Assembly (NCBI GenBank): GCA_963846225.1
Contig: CAWJVD010000002.1
Location: 32,891-96,890 of the forward strand
Source of the DNA: an uncultured Gammaproteobacteria bacterium
GTDB lineage: Bacteria > Pseudomonadota > Gammaproteobacteria > Steroidobacterales > Steroidobacteraceae
Direction: 5' to 3'
DNA: 64,000 bases
In this document: positions 19,724-29,532 of the stretch, piece by piece
How the letters are laid out: each line of letters starts with the position of its first letter
How positions within the stretch are numbered: the stretch's first letter is position 1
Program-made: the position numbers and the translations under genes
Notes under the pieces: generated by a model
Databases searched by the model: none
The model's input: the letters and a program-made list of their open reading frames with translations, nothing else
What the model was told of the DNA's origin: nothing

Positions 19724-21742
19724 ATGGATCCCGCCCCAGTCGCAGCTGCTCCAGCTCCCCCGGCCGAGGTCGCGCGGCTGCGCGAATTGTTGCGCCAGCA
19801 CCGCTTCGAAGAGGTGCTCAGCGTTGCCGCAGCGCTGCTCGCCACCGATCCCTGGCAACGCGAGTCGCTGCTCTGCAGCGCCATTGCGCAGCGCTTCCTC
19901 GGGCACATCCCTGAAGCCCTCAGGCTTCTCGCGACGCTCGAGCAGCATCACCCGCGCTTCAGCCGTCTGTACGAGGAGCGCGGCCGCTGCTTCGTCGCCC
20001 TGCGCCAGGCGCCCGCGGCGATCGAGTCATTCCTGCGCGCGGTGCACATTAATCACGCCCTGCCGGGCAGCTGGCAGATGCTCGAGGGGCTGTATCGCAT
20101 GCAGGGTGAGGCGCCCAACGCCTCCATGGCGGCAGGTCAGGTGGCGACGCTGCGCGCACTGCCGCAGGAAGTGGTGGTCGCGACCGGGCTGTTCGCGGAC
20201 GGAGACCTGGAGGCGGCCGAGGCGCTGATCCGCGCCTACCTGGTCAAGCACGGGGATCACATCGAGGCCATGCGGCTGCTGGCGCGTATCGGCATCGTGC
20301 ACAGGATCTACTTCGATGCCCAGGTGCTGCTCGCCGCCGTGCTCGAGCGCGCACCGGACTATCGCGCCGCCCGCCAGGAGTACGCCTTCGTGCTCATCGA
20401 GCTGCACCGCTATCAGGAGGGACTGCGCGAGCTTGAGCGGCTCACGGCGGATGAGCCCACCGATCGCCAGCTCAAGATCCTGCGGGCTTCCGCGTACCTG
20501 GGCATCGGCGAGCACGCACGCGCGGTGGATCTTTACCGCGAGCTGCTGGTGGGCGGCAGCGCGGATGCCGAAGCGCACCTCTCGATCGGGCACGCGCTGA
20601 AGACCCTGGGGCAGAGCCAGGCGGCGATCGAGTCGTACCGTCGCGCGGCCGAGTCTCGAGCGGACTTCGGCGATGCGTACTGGAGCCTCGCCAACCTCAA
20701 GACCTACCGCTTCACCACCGAGGAGCTCACGCGCATGCGTGGCACGCTGGCGGCACCCGGCACCGCGCTCGCCGATCGCTACCACCTGTGCTTCGCCCTC
20801 GGCAAGGCGCTCGAGGACCAGGGGGACTTTGCCGAATCCTTCCGCCACTACCAGCTCGGCAATGAGCTCAAGAGCCCCGAGTGCCGCTATCGCGCCGAGC
20901 TCATCGAGCGCAACACCGAGCAGCAGATCAAGGTCTGCACCGCGGAGTTCTTCGCCGCGCGCCGCGGCTGGGGTGATCCGAGTCCGGATCCCATCTTCGT
21001 CATCGGGCTGCCGCGCTCGGGTTCGACGTTGCTCGAGCAGATCCTGGCCTCGCACTCGCAGGTCGAGGGCACGCAGGAACTGCCCAACGTGCAGCAGCTC
21101 GTCAGCCGCCTGCGCGGCTTTGGCCCCGAAGCGGACGAGCCGCGCTACCCGCGCATCCTCACCAGCCTCAGCGACCCGGACTTCAAACAGCTGGGCAGGG
21201 AGTACCTCGAGGGCACGCGGGTCTATCGCAGCGAGAAGCCCTTCTTCATCGACAAGATGCCGAACAACTTCCGGCACGTCGGCCTCATTCATCTGATGCT
21301 GCCGAACGCCCGCCTCATCGATGCGCGCCGTGAGCCGATGGCCTGCTGCTTCAGTAACTTCAAGCAGCTCTTTGCCAACGGACAGGAATTCACCTATAGC
21401 ATCGAGGACATCGCCCGCTACTACCGCACCTATCTCGAGCTCATGGACCACTGGGACCAGGTGCTGCCCGGACGCGTGCTGCGCGTGTATCACGAGGACG
21501 TGGTGGCGGATCTGGAGGGCAGCGTGCGGCGCCTGCTCAGCTTCTGCGGCCTGGAGTTCGAGCCGCAGTGCGTCGCCTTCCACGAGAACCGGCGCAGTGT
21601 GCGCACCGCGAGCTCGGAACAGGTCCGCCAGGCGATCTATCGCGATGGCCTCGAGCAGTGGAAGAACTTCGAGCCCTGGCTCGGATCACTGAAAGATGCC
21701 CTCGGCGAGGCGCTCAGCCGCTACCGTGATGTCCCGCCATGA
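19724..21742 (+). CDS. TPR repeat-containing sulfotransferase family protein
   Basis: 672-aa ORF. The N-terminal two-thirds is TPR-like helical repeats. The C-terminal domain has the PAPS-binding motif GLPRSGSTLLEQIL and the 3'-PB-like RREPMACCFS. Confidence 0.8.
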   Translation: MDPAPVAAAPAPPAEVARLRELLRQHRFEEVLSVAAALLATDPWQRESLLCSAIAQRFLGHIPEALRLLATLEQHHPRFSRLYEERGRCFVALRQAPAAIESFLRAVHINHALPGSWQMLEGLYRMQGEAPNASMAAGQVATLRALPQEVVVATGLFADGDLEAAEALIRAYLVKHGDHIEAMRLLARIGIVHRIYFDAQVLLAAVLERAPDYRAARQEYAFVLIELHRYQEGLRELERLTADEPTDRQLKILRASAYLGIGEHARAVDLYRELLVGGSADAEAHLSIGHALKTLGQSQAAIESYRRAAESRADFGDAYWSLANLKTYRFTTEELTRMRGTLAAPGTALADRYHLCFALGKALEDQGDFAESFRHYQLGNELKSPECRYRAELIERNTEQQIKVCTAEFFAARRGWGDPSPDPIFVIGLPRSGSTLLEQILASHSQVEGTQELPNVQQLVSRLRGFGPEADEPRYPRILTSLSDPDFKQLGREYLEGTRVYRSEKPFFIDKMPNNFRHVGLIHLMLPNARLIDARREPMACCFSNFKQLFANGQEFTYSIEDIARYYRTYLELMDHWDQVLPGRVLRVYHEDVVADLEGSVRRLLSFCGLEFEPQCVAFHENRRSVRTASSEQVRQAIYRDGLEQWKNFEPWLGSLKDALGEALSRYRDVPP

Positions 21743-23985
21743 AACCCGGGCGCAACGATCCCTGCCCGTGTGGCAGCGGCAGGAAGTTCAAGCACTGTTG
21801 CGGACAGGCCCCGGCGCCTGCGCCGAGCGCACGGCCCGATCCCCGGATCAGTGCGCTGGTGGGCCTGCTGCAAGCGGGCCGTCTGCAGGAGGCCGAGGCG
21901 CAGACGAGCGAGCGGCTGCGCGCGCAGCCCGAGGAGGGCATCCTCTGGAAGATCCTGAGCGTGACACTCCTGCGCCAGGGGAAGGATGCGCTCGCCGCGT
22001 TGCGCGAGGCCGCGGCGCGGCTGCCGCAAGATGCCGAGGCGCACGCCAATCTGGGGGCCGAGCTGCGGGCGCGGGGGCAATGGGAGGAGGCCCTGGCCAG
22101 CCTGCGCCGCTCACTCGCGCTGCAGCCGAAAAATGCCGACGCGCTGTTCGAGGCGGCCGAAGTGCAGCGCACCCTGGGACGGCCCCGCGATGCGGCGGCC
22201 CTCTACCAGTGGGCACTGCAGATCGAGCCGCGCCGCGTCGCGACGCACAACAACCTCGCCAACCTGCTGCTGGAACTCGGAGAACGTGCGGCCGCGGTGC
22301 GCTGCTACCGGGCGGCTCTGGAGCTCAGGCCCGGCGACGCCGTGGTGCTGGCCAATCTCGCCAATGCGCTGCGCGAGACCGGGCAGCTCGAGGAGGCGCT
22401 CGAGTGCACCCGGCGCGCGCTCGCGCTCGATGCGAGGCTTGCCATGGCGCACAACAATCTGGGGCTGCTGCTCAGCGCCCGGGGCGAACGCGCCGAGGCG
22501 GTGGCGAGTTACCGCGAGGCGCTGCGCCTGCGGCCCGTCTACCCGGAGGCGCTGAACAACCTCGGTAACGTGCTGCGCGAGCAGGGCGCGCGGCGCGAGG
22601 CACTCGCTGTGTATCAGCAGGCAGTGCAGCTCGATCCCACCCGCCCCGATAGTCACTGCAATCTCGGCTACGCGCTGCTCGACCTGCGTCTGGCGGCCGA
22701 CAGTGCCGAGAGCTTTCGCCAGGCCCTCGCACGTCAACCGCAGCTTCTTAGCGCACACCTCGGTCTGGCCGCGGCGCTGCGCGTGCAGGGTCGGTACGAG
22801 GAGGCGGAGGCGATCTGTCAGGCAGCGCTGGCCGTCGCGCCGCAAAGTCCCGCGGCGCTCTCGCTCCAGGGTGAGCTGCGCGCCGACCGCGGCCAGTTCT
22901 CCGAGGCGCAGGAACTGTTCCAGCGCGCCATCGCCCTGGATCCCGCCTTCGTGCCGGCCTACGGCAGCATCGCCGCCCACCGCAAGATGACCCGCGAGGA
23001 CAGCGCCTGGCGCTCAGGCGCCGAGGGACTGGCGGGGAAACCTCTGCCGCTCAACGAGGCGATCCACCTGCGCTACGCGCTCGGCAAGTACTTCGACGAC
23101 GTCGGCGAGTACGAGCTGGCCTTCGCCAGCTACCGGGAGGCCAACGAGCTCAGCAAGCGCTTCGGCGCCAGCTATGACCGCGCCGACCTCACGCAGCTCG
23201 TCGAGCGGATCATGAGCCTGTGCGATGCGCGTTTCTTGCGTGCGGAGCGCCCCGCCACCTGCGATGCGCAGCGGCCGGTATTCATCATCGGCATGCCGAG
23301 GTCCGGCACCTCGCTCACCGAGCAGATCCTCGCCTCGCACCCGGCGGTGTTCGGCGCGGGCGAGGTGCGCTTCTGGGACCACGCATTCACTGACGTGGCG
23401 CAGCACGCGCCCGAGGAGCGCGACGCCGCGCTCGCGCTCCTGGCAGGCGACTACCTGGCAAAGCTTGGCGCGCAGGCAGGCGCGAGCCTGCGCGTCACGG
23501 ACAAGATGCCGGCGAACTTCCTCTACGCCGGACTGATCCACGCCGCGTTGCCGCACGCGCGCATCATTCACATGCAGCGCCATCCGCTCGATACCTGCAT
23601 TTCGGTGTACTTCCAGAACTTCTTCAACGTCAGTCCCTACGCGAACGACCTGGAGAATCTCGCGCACTACTACGGGCAGTATCTGCGCATCATGGCCCAC
23701 TGGCGCGCGCTGCTGCCCGCGGCGAGCCTGCTCGAGGTGCCCTACGAGGGGCTGGTGGAGGATGCGGAGGGCTGGACGCGGCGCATGCTGGAGTTCATCG
23801 GCCTGCCCTGGGACGTGCGCTGTCTGGATTTTCACCAGACCGAGCGTGTCGTCATCACCGCGAGCAAGTGGCAGGTGCGCCAGAAGCTGCACACGGCCTC
23901 GGCGGGGCGCTGGCGTCACTACGAGCCCTATCTCGGACCGCTGCGCCAGCTGCTGAGCGCTGACCGGGCCGACAGCGCCGCCTAA
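21739..23985 (+). CDS. SEC-C motif / TPR repeat / sulfotransferase family protein
   Basis: 748-aa ORF with an ATGA overlap to the upstream paralog. N-terminal SEC-C metal-binding motif NDPCPCGSGRKFKHCCG, many TPR repeats, and C-terminal GMPRSGTSLTEQIL with RHPLDTCIS. Confidence 0.8.
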   Translation: MKPGRNDPCPCGSGRKFKHCCGQAPAPAPSARPDPRISALVGLLQAGRLQEAEAQTSERLRAQPEEGILWKILSVTLLRQGKDALAALREAAARLPQDAEAHANLGAELRARGQWEEALASLRRSLALQPKNADALFEAAEVQRTLGRPRDAAALYQWALQIEPRRVATHNNLANLLLELGERAAAVRCYRAALELRPGDAVVLANLANALRETGQLEEALECTRRALALDARLAMAHNNLGLLLSARGERAEAVASYREALRLRPVYPEALNNLGNVLREQGARREALAVYQQAVQLDPTRPDSHCNLGYALLDLRLAADSAESFRQALARQPQLLSAHLGLAAALRVQGRYEEAEAICQAALAVAPQSPAALSLQGELRADRGQFSEAQELFQRAIALDPAFVPAYGSIAAHRKMTREDSAWRSGAEGLAGKPLPLNEAIHLRYALGKYFDDVGEYELAFASYREANELSKRFGASYDRADLTQLVERIMSLCDARFLRAERPATCDAQRPVFIIGMPRSGTSLTEQILASHPAVFGAGEVRFWDHAFTDVAQHAPEERDAALALLAGDYLAKLGAQAGASLRVTDKMPANFLYAGLIHAALPHARIIHMQRHPLDTCISVYFQNFFNVSPYANDLENLAHYYGQYLRIMAHWRALLPAASLLEVPYEGLVEDAEGWTRRMLEFIGLPWDVRCLDFHQTERVVITASKWQVRQKLHTASAGRWRHYEPYLGPLRQLLSADRADSAA

Positions 23986-25133
23986 CCGATGCGCGTGGCG
24001 AGCAGCCGGCCCTCATCGAGGGCGTAGCCCATGCCGGGCGCATCGCTCAGGTTGATCCAGCCCTCGGCGTCGGCGCGCAGCGGCTCCGCCAGCATGAAGT
24101 CACGCCGTTGCAGGCTCCATTCCGGCGGGTCGAACGGGTATTCGAGGAACGGCGCATCGGTGAGCCCGGCGACCAGGTGCGCATTCGCCGTCACGCCCAT
24201 GCCGTTGGTCCAGGTGTGCGGGGTGAAGGTGAGATGATGCTCCTGCGCCATGATGGCCACGCGCCGCAAGCCGGTGATGCCGCCGACCAGCGCCGCGTCC
24301 GGCTGCAGCACATCGACGCAGCCGCCGGTTATCAGATCGCGCAGCTCGTGCAGCTGGCGGGTCATCTCACCGCCGGCCACGCGCACGTCGGTCGCCTCGC
24401 GCAGCGCGCGCATGCCGGCGTGGTCGGCGCGGTGCAGCGGCTCCTCCATCCAGTAGACTTTCAGTCGCTCGAGCTCGCGCGCCACGGTCAGCGCGTCCTT
24501 GTAGGTCCAGGGGGCTTGCGTGTCCCAGGGCAGCCGCCAGCCCTGATTGCAGTCGACCAGCAACTCGAGCTTCTCGCCCAGGCGTGCCCGCACCGCCTCG
24601 AGCGCCATGACGTCATCGCGCCAGTCGCCACGGTGAAAGCGCAGCTTCAGCGCGCGGAAACCCTGTGCCAGGTAACGCTCGGCGGCTTCCGCCTGCGCCG
24701 CCGGGTCGCGCAGCGTCCCCGAGGAGGCGTAAGCGCGCACCCGGTTGGCGAGGCCGCCGAGCAGTTTCCAGCACGGCTGGCCGAGGATCTTGCCGGCGAG
24801 GTCCCAGAGCGCCAGATCGAGCGGCCAGCACCGCCCGTAATGAAAGTCGATGTTGGCGAGCACGCGGTAGTGGCGCTCGAGGGCGAGCGGATCCTGCCCC
24901 ACGAACAGGCTCTCGTGACCCTCGAAGCCGAGCATGCGATCGCCGGAAGCGATGCCGATGAGTCCGGTGTCGGTCGTGACGCGCACGATCGTGGCGTCGA
25001 AGTACACCCGTGGCTTGGTGTCCCAGCTGGCATTGAAGGGCGGCGCGAGCGGCAGGCGATGGTGGCTGACCGCAATGGCCGAGATCTTGTGCCCGGACAG
25101 GGCCGGCAGGGGCTTGAGGGGGCGTACGCTCAT
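23982..25133 (-). CDS. enolase-superfamily enzyme (mandelate racemase/muconate lactonizing enzyme family)
   Basis: 383 aa from the ATG at 25133 (MSVRPLKPL...). Motifs LLVDCNQGW, VYWMEEPL, RVAGGEM and VLQPDAALVGG. The 578-aa ORF extension upstream is antisense to the LysR gene. Confidence 0.8.
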   Translation of the reverse strand: MSVRPLKPLPALSGHKISAIAVSHHRLPLAPPFNASWDTKPRVYFDATIVRVTTDTGLIGIASGDRMLGFEGHESLFVGQDPLALERHYRVLANIDFHYGRCWPLDLALWDLAGKILGQPCWKLLGGLANRVRAYASSGTLRDPAAQAEAAERYLAQGFRALKLRFHRGDWRDDVMALEAVRARLGEKLELLVDCNQGWRLPWDTQAPWTYKDALTVARELERLKVYWMEEPLHRADHAGMRALREATDVRVAGGEMTRQLHELRDLITGGCVDVLQPDAALVGGITGLRRVAIMAQEHHLTFTPHTWTNGMGVTANAHLVAGLTDAPFLEYPFDPPEWSLQRRDFMLAEPLRADAEGWINLSDAPGMGYALDEGRLLATRIG

Positions 25134-25314
25134 GCTGTGGGGTCGATTGTCCCGGCCGAGACTTTCACAGTTGCGCTGTCGCTCAAAGCCGAGAAATTCT
25201 CTAGCTGCATCGAAAAAAGGCATTGAAGCGCGGGGCTTGGCGCGATGCTGGCCGCTTCGGCGAGTATGGCGCTGCGGCGGCGCGAGGCCGGGCTTGGCAG
25301 AAGGGGGAGTCTTT

Positions 25315-26287
25315 GTGAACAAGAAGAGCATCGACCGGCGCTGGCTGCCGTTGAATGCGCTGCGCGCCTTCGAAGGCGTGGCCAAGCACGGCAGCTTCAC
25401 CGCTGCCGCGAACGCGCTGCTGATCTCGCAGAGCGCGCTGTCGCGCCATGTGATCGCGCTCGAGCGCCTGACCGGCGTGCAGCTCTTCGAGCGGCGCCCG
25501 CATGCGCTCACCCTGACCAAGGCAGGCCAGCACCTGCTGCCGGCGGTGGTGAAGTCCTTCGACCGGCTCGAATACGCACTCGATGACATCCGCAACGAGG
25601 GCGCGCCGGTGCAGCGCACGCTGCGCGTGCAGATGCCGCCGAGTTTCGCGGTGCAGCTGGCGGTGCCGATCCTGCGCGATTTCCGCCGCGCCAGCACCGA
25701 GGTCGACATCGATCTCATCAGCCCCTATGGCGTCGGCCCGCCGCTCGGGGATGTCGACGTTGCCGTGGTGTACTCGAAGTCCGACCGTGACGGATCTGGT
25801 GACCGACCTGCTGTGGCCGGTGCAGTCTGTCGATCCTGTGTCATCCCAACATCGCCGCCGCTGCACGCGCGGCAAGGATCTGGCGAGCCTTCATCGAGGC
25901 GAACGAGATCGTGCACGTGCGCATCGCGGATCTGCCGCGCCACCAGTTCTGGTCGCAGTTCGTGCGCCAGACGGGCCTCGGCAGGCGTCAACGTCGAGCG
26001 CGGGCTGGTGTTCGATACGGCGGTGCTCGCCGTGCAGTACGCGCTCGAGCGGCCAGGGCATCGCGCTGGTCGACACGAACCTGTTCGCCGAGGAGATCAG
26101 CAGCGGGCGCCTGGTGAAGCCCTTCGAGGCGACGCTCGATGACGGCTACGGCTACTACCTCATCACGCATCCGGAAGGGCTGGGTGACACGGCCATTGCG
26201 CTGTTCCGCTCCTGGCTGATCGAGCGCTTCGGCAAGCGCTCGGCGCTGGCCGCCCCGGCGGTGCAGCTGGCGGTATCCAACGAATGA
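25315..26287 (+). pseudogene. LysR family transcriptional regulator (GcvA-like), frameshifted
   Basis: GTG start. The HTH region LPLNALRAFEGVAKHGSFTAAANALLISQSALSRHVIALE is intact. The frame is lost after about 25790. The C-terminus GIALVDTNLFAEEISSGRLVKPF...ITHPEGL is recovered in the 25583..26287 frame. Confidence 0.75.
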
Positions 26288-26315
26288 GCACCGCGCGGCC
26301 GGGAGTGAAGGAATC

Positions 26316-28732
26316 GTGAAGAGCGAGGCGAGAGTGGTGGTGATCGGCGGCGGCGTGGTCGGCGTGAGCGTGCTGTACCACCTCGACCAAGGCGGGCTGG
26401 AAGGATCGTGCTGCTGATCGAGCGCGGCGAGCTCACCTGCGGCTCGACCTGGCACGCCGCCGGTGGCATGCACACCGTCAACGGCGATCCGAACGTCGCC
26501 AAGCTGCAGCAGTACACCATCAATCTCTACAAGGAGCTGGAGAGAATCTCCGGCCAGTCCTGCGGCATGCACGTCACGGGCGGCATCATGCTGGCCGGCA
26601 CACGCGAGCGGCTCGACTGGCTGAAGATGGCCAAGGCGCGCGGCCGCTACCTGGGCATGGAGCTCGAAATCATCTCGGCGGAGGAGGCGGCGCGGCTCTT
26701 CCCGCTGATGAACAAGCGGCACTTCGTCGGTGCGATGCTCGATCCCATCGAAGGGCACGTCGACCCTGGGGCGTCACGCAGGCCTACGCCAAGGCCGCGC
26801 AGATGGCCGGCGCCGAAATCGTGCGACACACGCGCGTCACAGGATCTCAAAGCGCGTCGCGACGGCACCTGGGACGTGATCACCGAAGCCGGCAACGTAC
26901 ATGCGGAGCACGTCGTGAATGCCGCAGGCCTGTGGGCGCGCGAGGTCGGTCGCATGGTCGGCCTCGAGTTGCCGGTGCTCGCCATGGAGCACCAGTACCT
27001 CATCACCGAGGACCTGCCGCAACTGAAGGGCCAGCAGGAGCAGCTGCACTGCATCGACTTCGAAGGCGAGATCTACACGCGCCAGGAGCGCGGCGGGATG
27101 CTGCTCGGCACCTACGAGCGCGCCGGCGTCCCCTGGTCGCCGCTCACGACGCCGTGGGACTTTGCCCAGAGCCTGCTGCCGAATGACCTGGATCGCATTG
27201 CGCCGAGCCTCGAGGTCGGCTTCGAGCATTTCCCGGCGCTCGGCGAAGTCGGGATCCGCAAGGTGGTGAACGGTCCCTTCACGTTCGCGCCCGACGGCAA
27301 CCCGCTGGTCGGACCCATCAGGGGCCTCAGGAACTTCTGGGTGGCGTGCGGAGTGATGGCCGGCTTCAGCCAGGGGGGCGGGGTGGGACTTGCGCTGTCG
27401 CAGTGGATGGTCGAGGGCGATCCGGGGGCGGACGTCTGGGCGATGGACGTCGCGCGCTATGGCGACTGGGCAACCCTCGCCTACACCAACACCAAGGTGC
27501 GCGAGAACTACTCGCGGCGCTTCCGCATCCGCTTCCCGAACGAGGAGCTGCCGGCGGGCCGGCCGCTGCGCACCACTCCGGTGTACGAGCGGCTGCAGAC
27601 AGCGCACGCGGTGTTCGGGGACTACTGCGCCCTCGAGCACCCCCTGTGGTTCGCGCCGAGCGCCGCCGAGGCGCGCGAAGACATCACCTTCCACCGCTCC
27701 AACGCGCATCCGCACGTGGGTGCCGAGTGCCGCGCGGTGCGCGATGCGGTGGGGCTGCTGGAGATCTCCAACTACGGAAAGTTCGAGGTCAAGGGTCCCG
27801 CGAGCGGAGGAGTGGCTCTCGCACGTCATGGCGAACCGCGTGCCCGCCGTGGGGCGTATTGCGCTGACCCCGATGCTGAACGAGCGCGGCAAGCTGATCG
27901 GCGACTTCACGCTCTGCCGCCTGAGCGCCGAGCGGGTCTTTCTGATCTGTACGTATGCCGCGCGAAACCTACTACCGGCGCTGGTTCGAGCGCCATGCGC
28001 CGCCTGCGGGCGTGACCGTGCGCCCCTGCGCGATGGAATACGTGGGGCTGTCGGTTGCCGGCCCGCACTCGCGCGCGCTCCTGCAGGGCCTGACGCGCAC
28101 CGACCTCTCCAACACCGCGTTCCCGTTCCTGTCCTTCCGCCAGGTGGACGTCGGCATGGTGCCGGCGCTCATCGGCCGCATCAGTTTCACGGGCGACCTT
28201 GGCTACGAGATCTGGGTCACGACGGAATACCAGCGAGCCCTTTATGACCTGCTCGTGGCGGCCGGGCGCGATCACGGGCTCGCGCTCTTCGGCGGGCGGG
28301 CGCTGAATGCCATGCGCATCGAGAAGAGCTTCGGGACCTGGGCGCGCGAGTACCGCCCGATCTACGGACCCTACGAGGCCGGGCTCGGACGCTTCGTCGA
28401 TCTGAAGAAGGGCGATTTCATCGGCCGCGCCGCGGCGCTCGAAGAGAAGGAGAGCGGCGGCGAGCTGCGCCTCGTCACCTTCGCGATCGAGGCGGCAGAT
28501 GCCGATGCGAGCGGCGACGAGCCGATCTGGCACGACGGCAAGGTCGTCGGCTGGGTGACCTCCGGGGCGTTCGGACACCGCGTGCAGCGCTCGCTCGCGC
28601 TCGGCTACATCCCGGCCGCACTCGCCGGCGCGAGCGAGGGTTTCGAGATCGAGATCATCGGCGAGCGGCGTCGGGCCAGCCCGGGCGGGCGCCGCGCCCT
28701 TCGATCCCGACGGCGGCCGCATGCGCGCCTGA
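26316..28732 (+). pseudogene. dimethylglycine dehydrogenase-like FAD oxidoreductase fused to an aminomethyltransferase (GcvT) domain, multiply frameshifted
   Basis: The N-terminus VKSEARVVVIGGGVVGVSVLYHL is a DAO FAD fold, followed by LIERGELTCGSTWHAAGG. The GcvT-like C-terminal domain has ISFTGDLGYEIW and LNAMRIEKSFGTW. Pieces lie in at least four ORF-track frames. The end PFDPDGGRMRA stops at 28732. Confidence 0.8.
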
Positions 28733-28741
28733 ACGCGCGCT

Positions 28742-29212
28742 TCAGTCCATGAATATGGCGAGCGCGCTCGCCAGCAGGGCAGGCTTGATCTCGCCTTCTA
28801 TCTCGATGGTGTTGTCGGTGGTGATCAGATAGCGGCCGTTGCCGCGCTCATCGACGGCGGCGAGCTTGATGCGGTTGCGTACCCGCTTGCCGGAGCGCAC
28901 CGGCGCCATGAAACGCACCTTCTCCAGCCCATAGTTGACCACCGACTTCGGTTCGACGAGCGGCACCAGCACCTCGAAGGCGGTGGGCGCGATCAGCGAC
29001 AGCGTGAGAAATCCGTGGGCGATCGTGCCGCCGAAGGGGCTTTCGCGCGCAGCGCGCTCGACATCGACGTGGATCCACTGGTGGTCGCCGGTGCAATGCG
29101 CGAACTCTGCGATGCGCGCCTGATCGAGCGTGATCCAGGAGGAAACGCCCATCTCCTCGCCGACGTGCTTGACGAGGTCGCTCAAGGGCATTTTGTCCGC
29201 CATGGCTTGCAT
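28742..29212 (-). CDS. MaoC-like (R)-specific enoyl-CoA hydratase / hotdog-fold dehydratase
   Basis: 156-aa ORF with the motif FAHCTGDHQWIHVDVERAARESPFGGTIAHGFLTLSL. Confidence 0.8.
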   Translation of the reverse strand: MQAMADKMPLSDLVKHVGEEMGVSSWITLDQARIAEFAHCTGDHQWIHVDVERAARESPFGGTIAHGFLTLSLIAPTAFEVLVPLVEPKSVVNYGLEKVRFMAPVRSGKRVRNRIKLAAVDERGNGRYLITTDNTIEIEGEIKPALLASALAIFMD

Positions 29213-29424
29213 CCCCTGCTGTCAGGGCCCCTTCGCCCGAAGGGCACCCGAAGCGAGTCATCTTATCAAGGCGGGTTGTCCGAGCCCGCGCGCTCGCCCG
29301 GCGGCCCCCTCCTTAGGCCCCGTGTTGCACCGGGTCATGCCGGGTGCAGCGCATAACTAAAGCACGCTGCGGCTCAGAAGGCATCCACAGATATCAATAG
29401 AATCAACGGTCTATTGTGCCAATT

Positions 29425-29440
29425 TGGCATAATTAATGCA
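29425..29440 (+). promoter_or_regulatory. possible sigma-54 type -24/-12 promoter (TGGCATAATTAATGCA)
   Basis: GG and GC have the canonical spacing of TGGCAC-N5-TTGCA. Lies in an AT-rich island about 95 nt upstream of the aldo/keto reductase start. No enhancer-binding protein gene is nearby. Confidence 0.25.
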
Positions 29441-29532
29441 TCGTGCAGTGCATACAATTCAGGGAGTCCATTGAAGCTCCACGAGGGCGGCTGCGAGGCC
29501 GCCCCCGTGCTTTTTCAGGTAGCATCCCGCGG

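Noticed and set aside
23982-23985. Convergent genes sharing their stop codons (CTAA here, CTAG at 38196..38199)
   Set aside because: This is a common compaction in GC-rich genomes and there is no evidence of functional significance.
25134-25718. N-terminal 195-aa extension of the 578-aa ORF 23982..25718
   Set aside because: The extension is antisense to the LysR gene and lacks enolase-family similarity. The family-typical N-terminus begins at the ATG at 25133.
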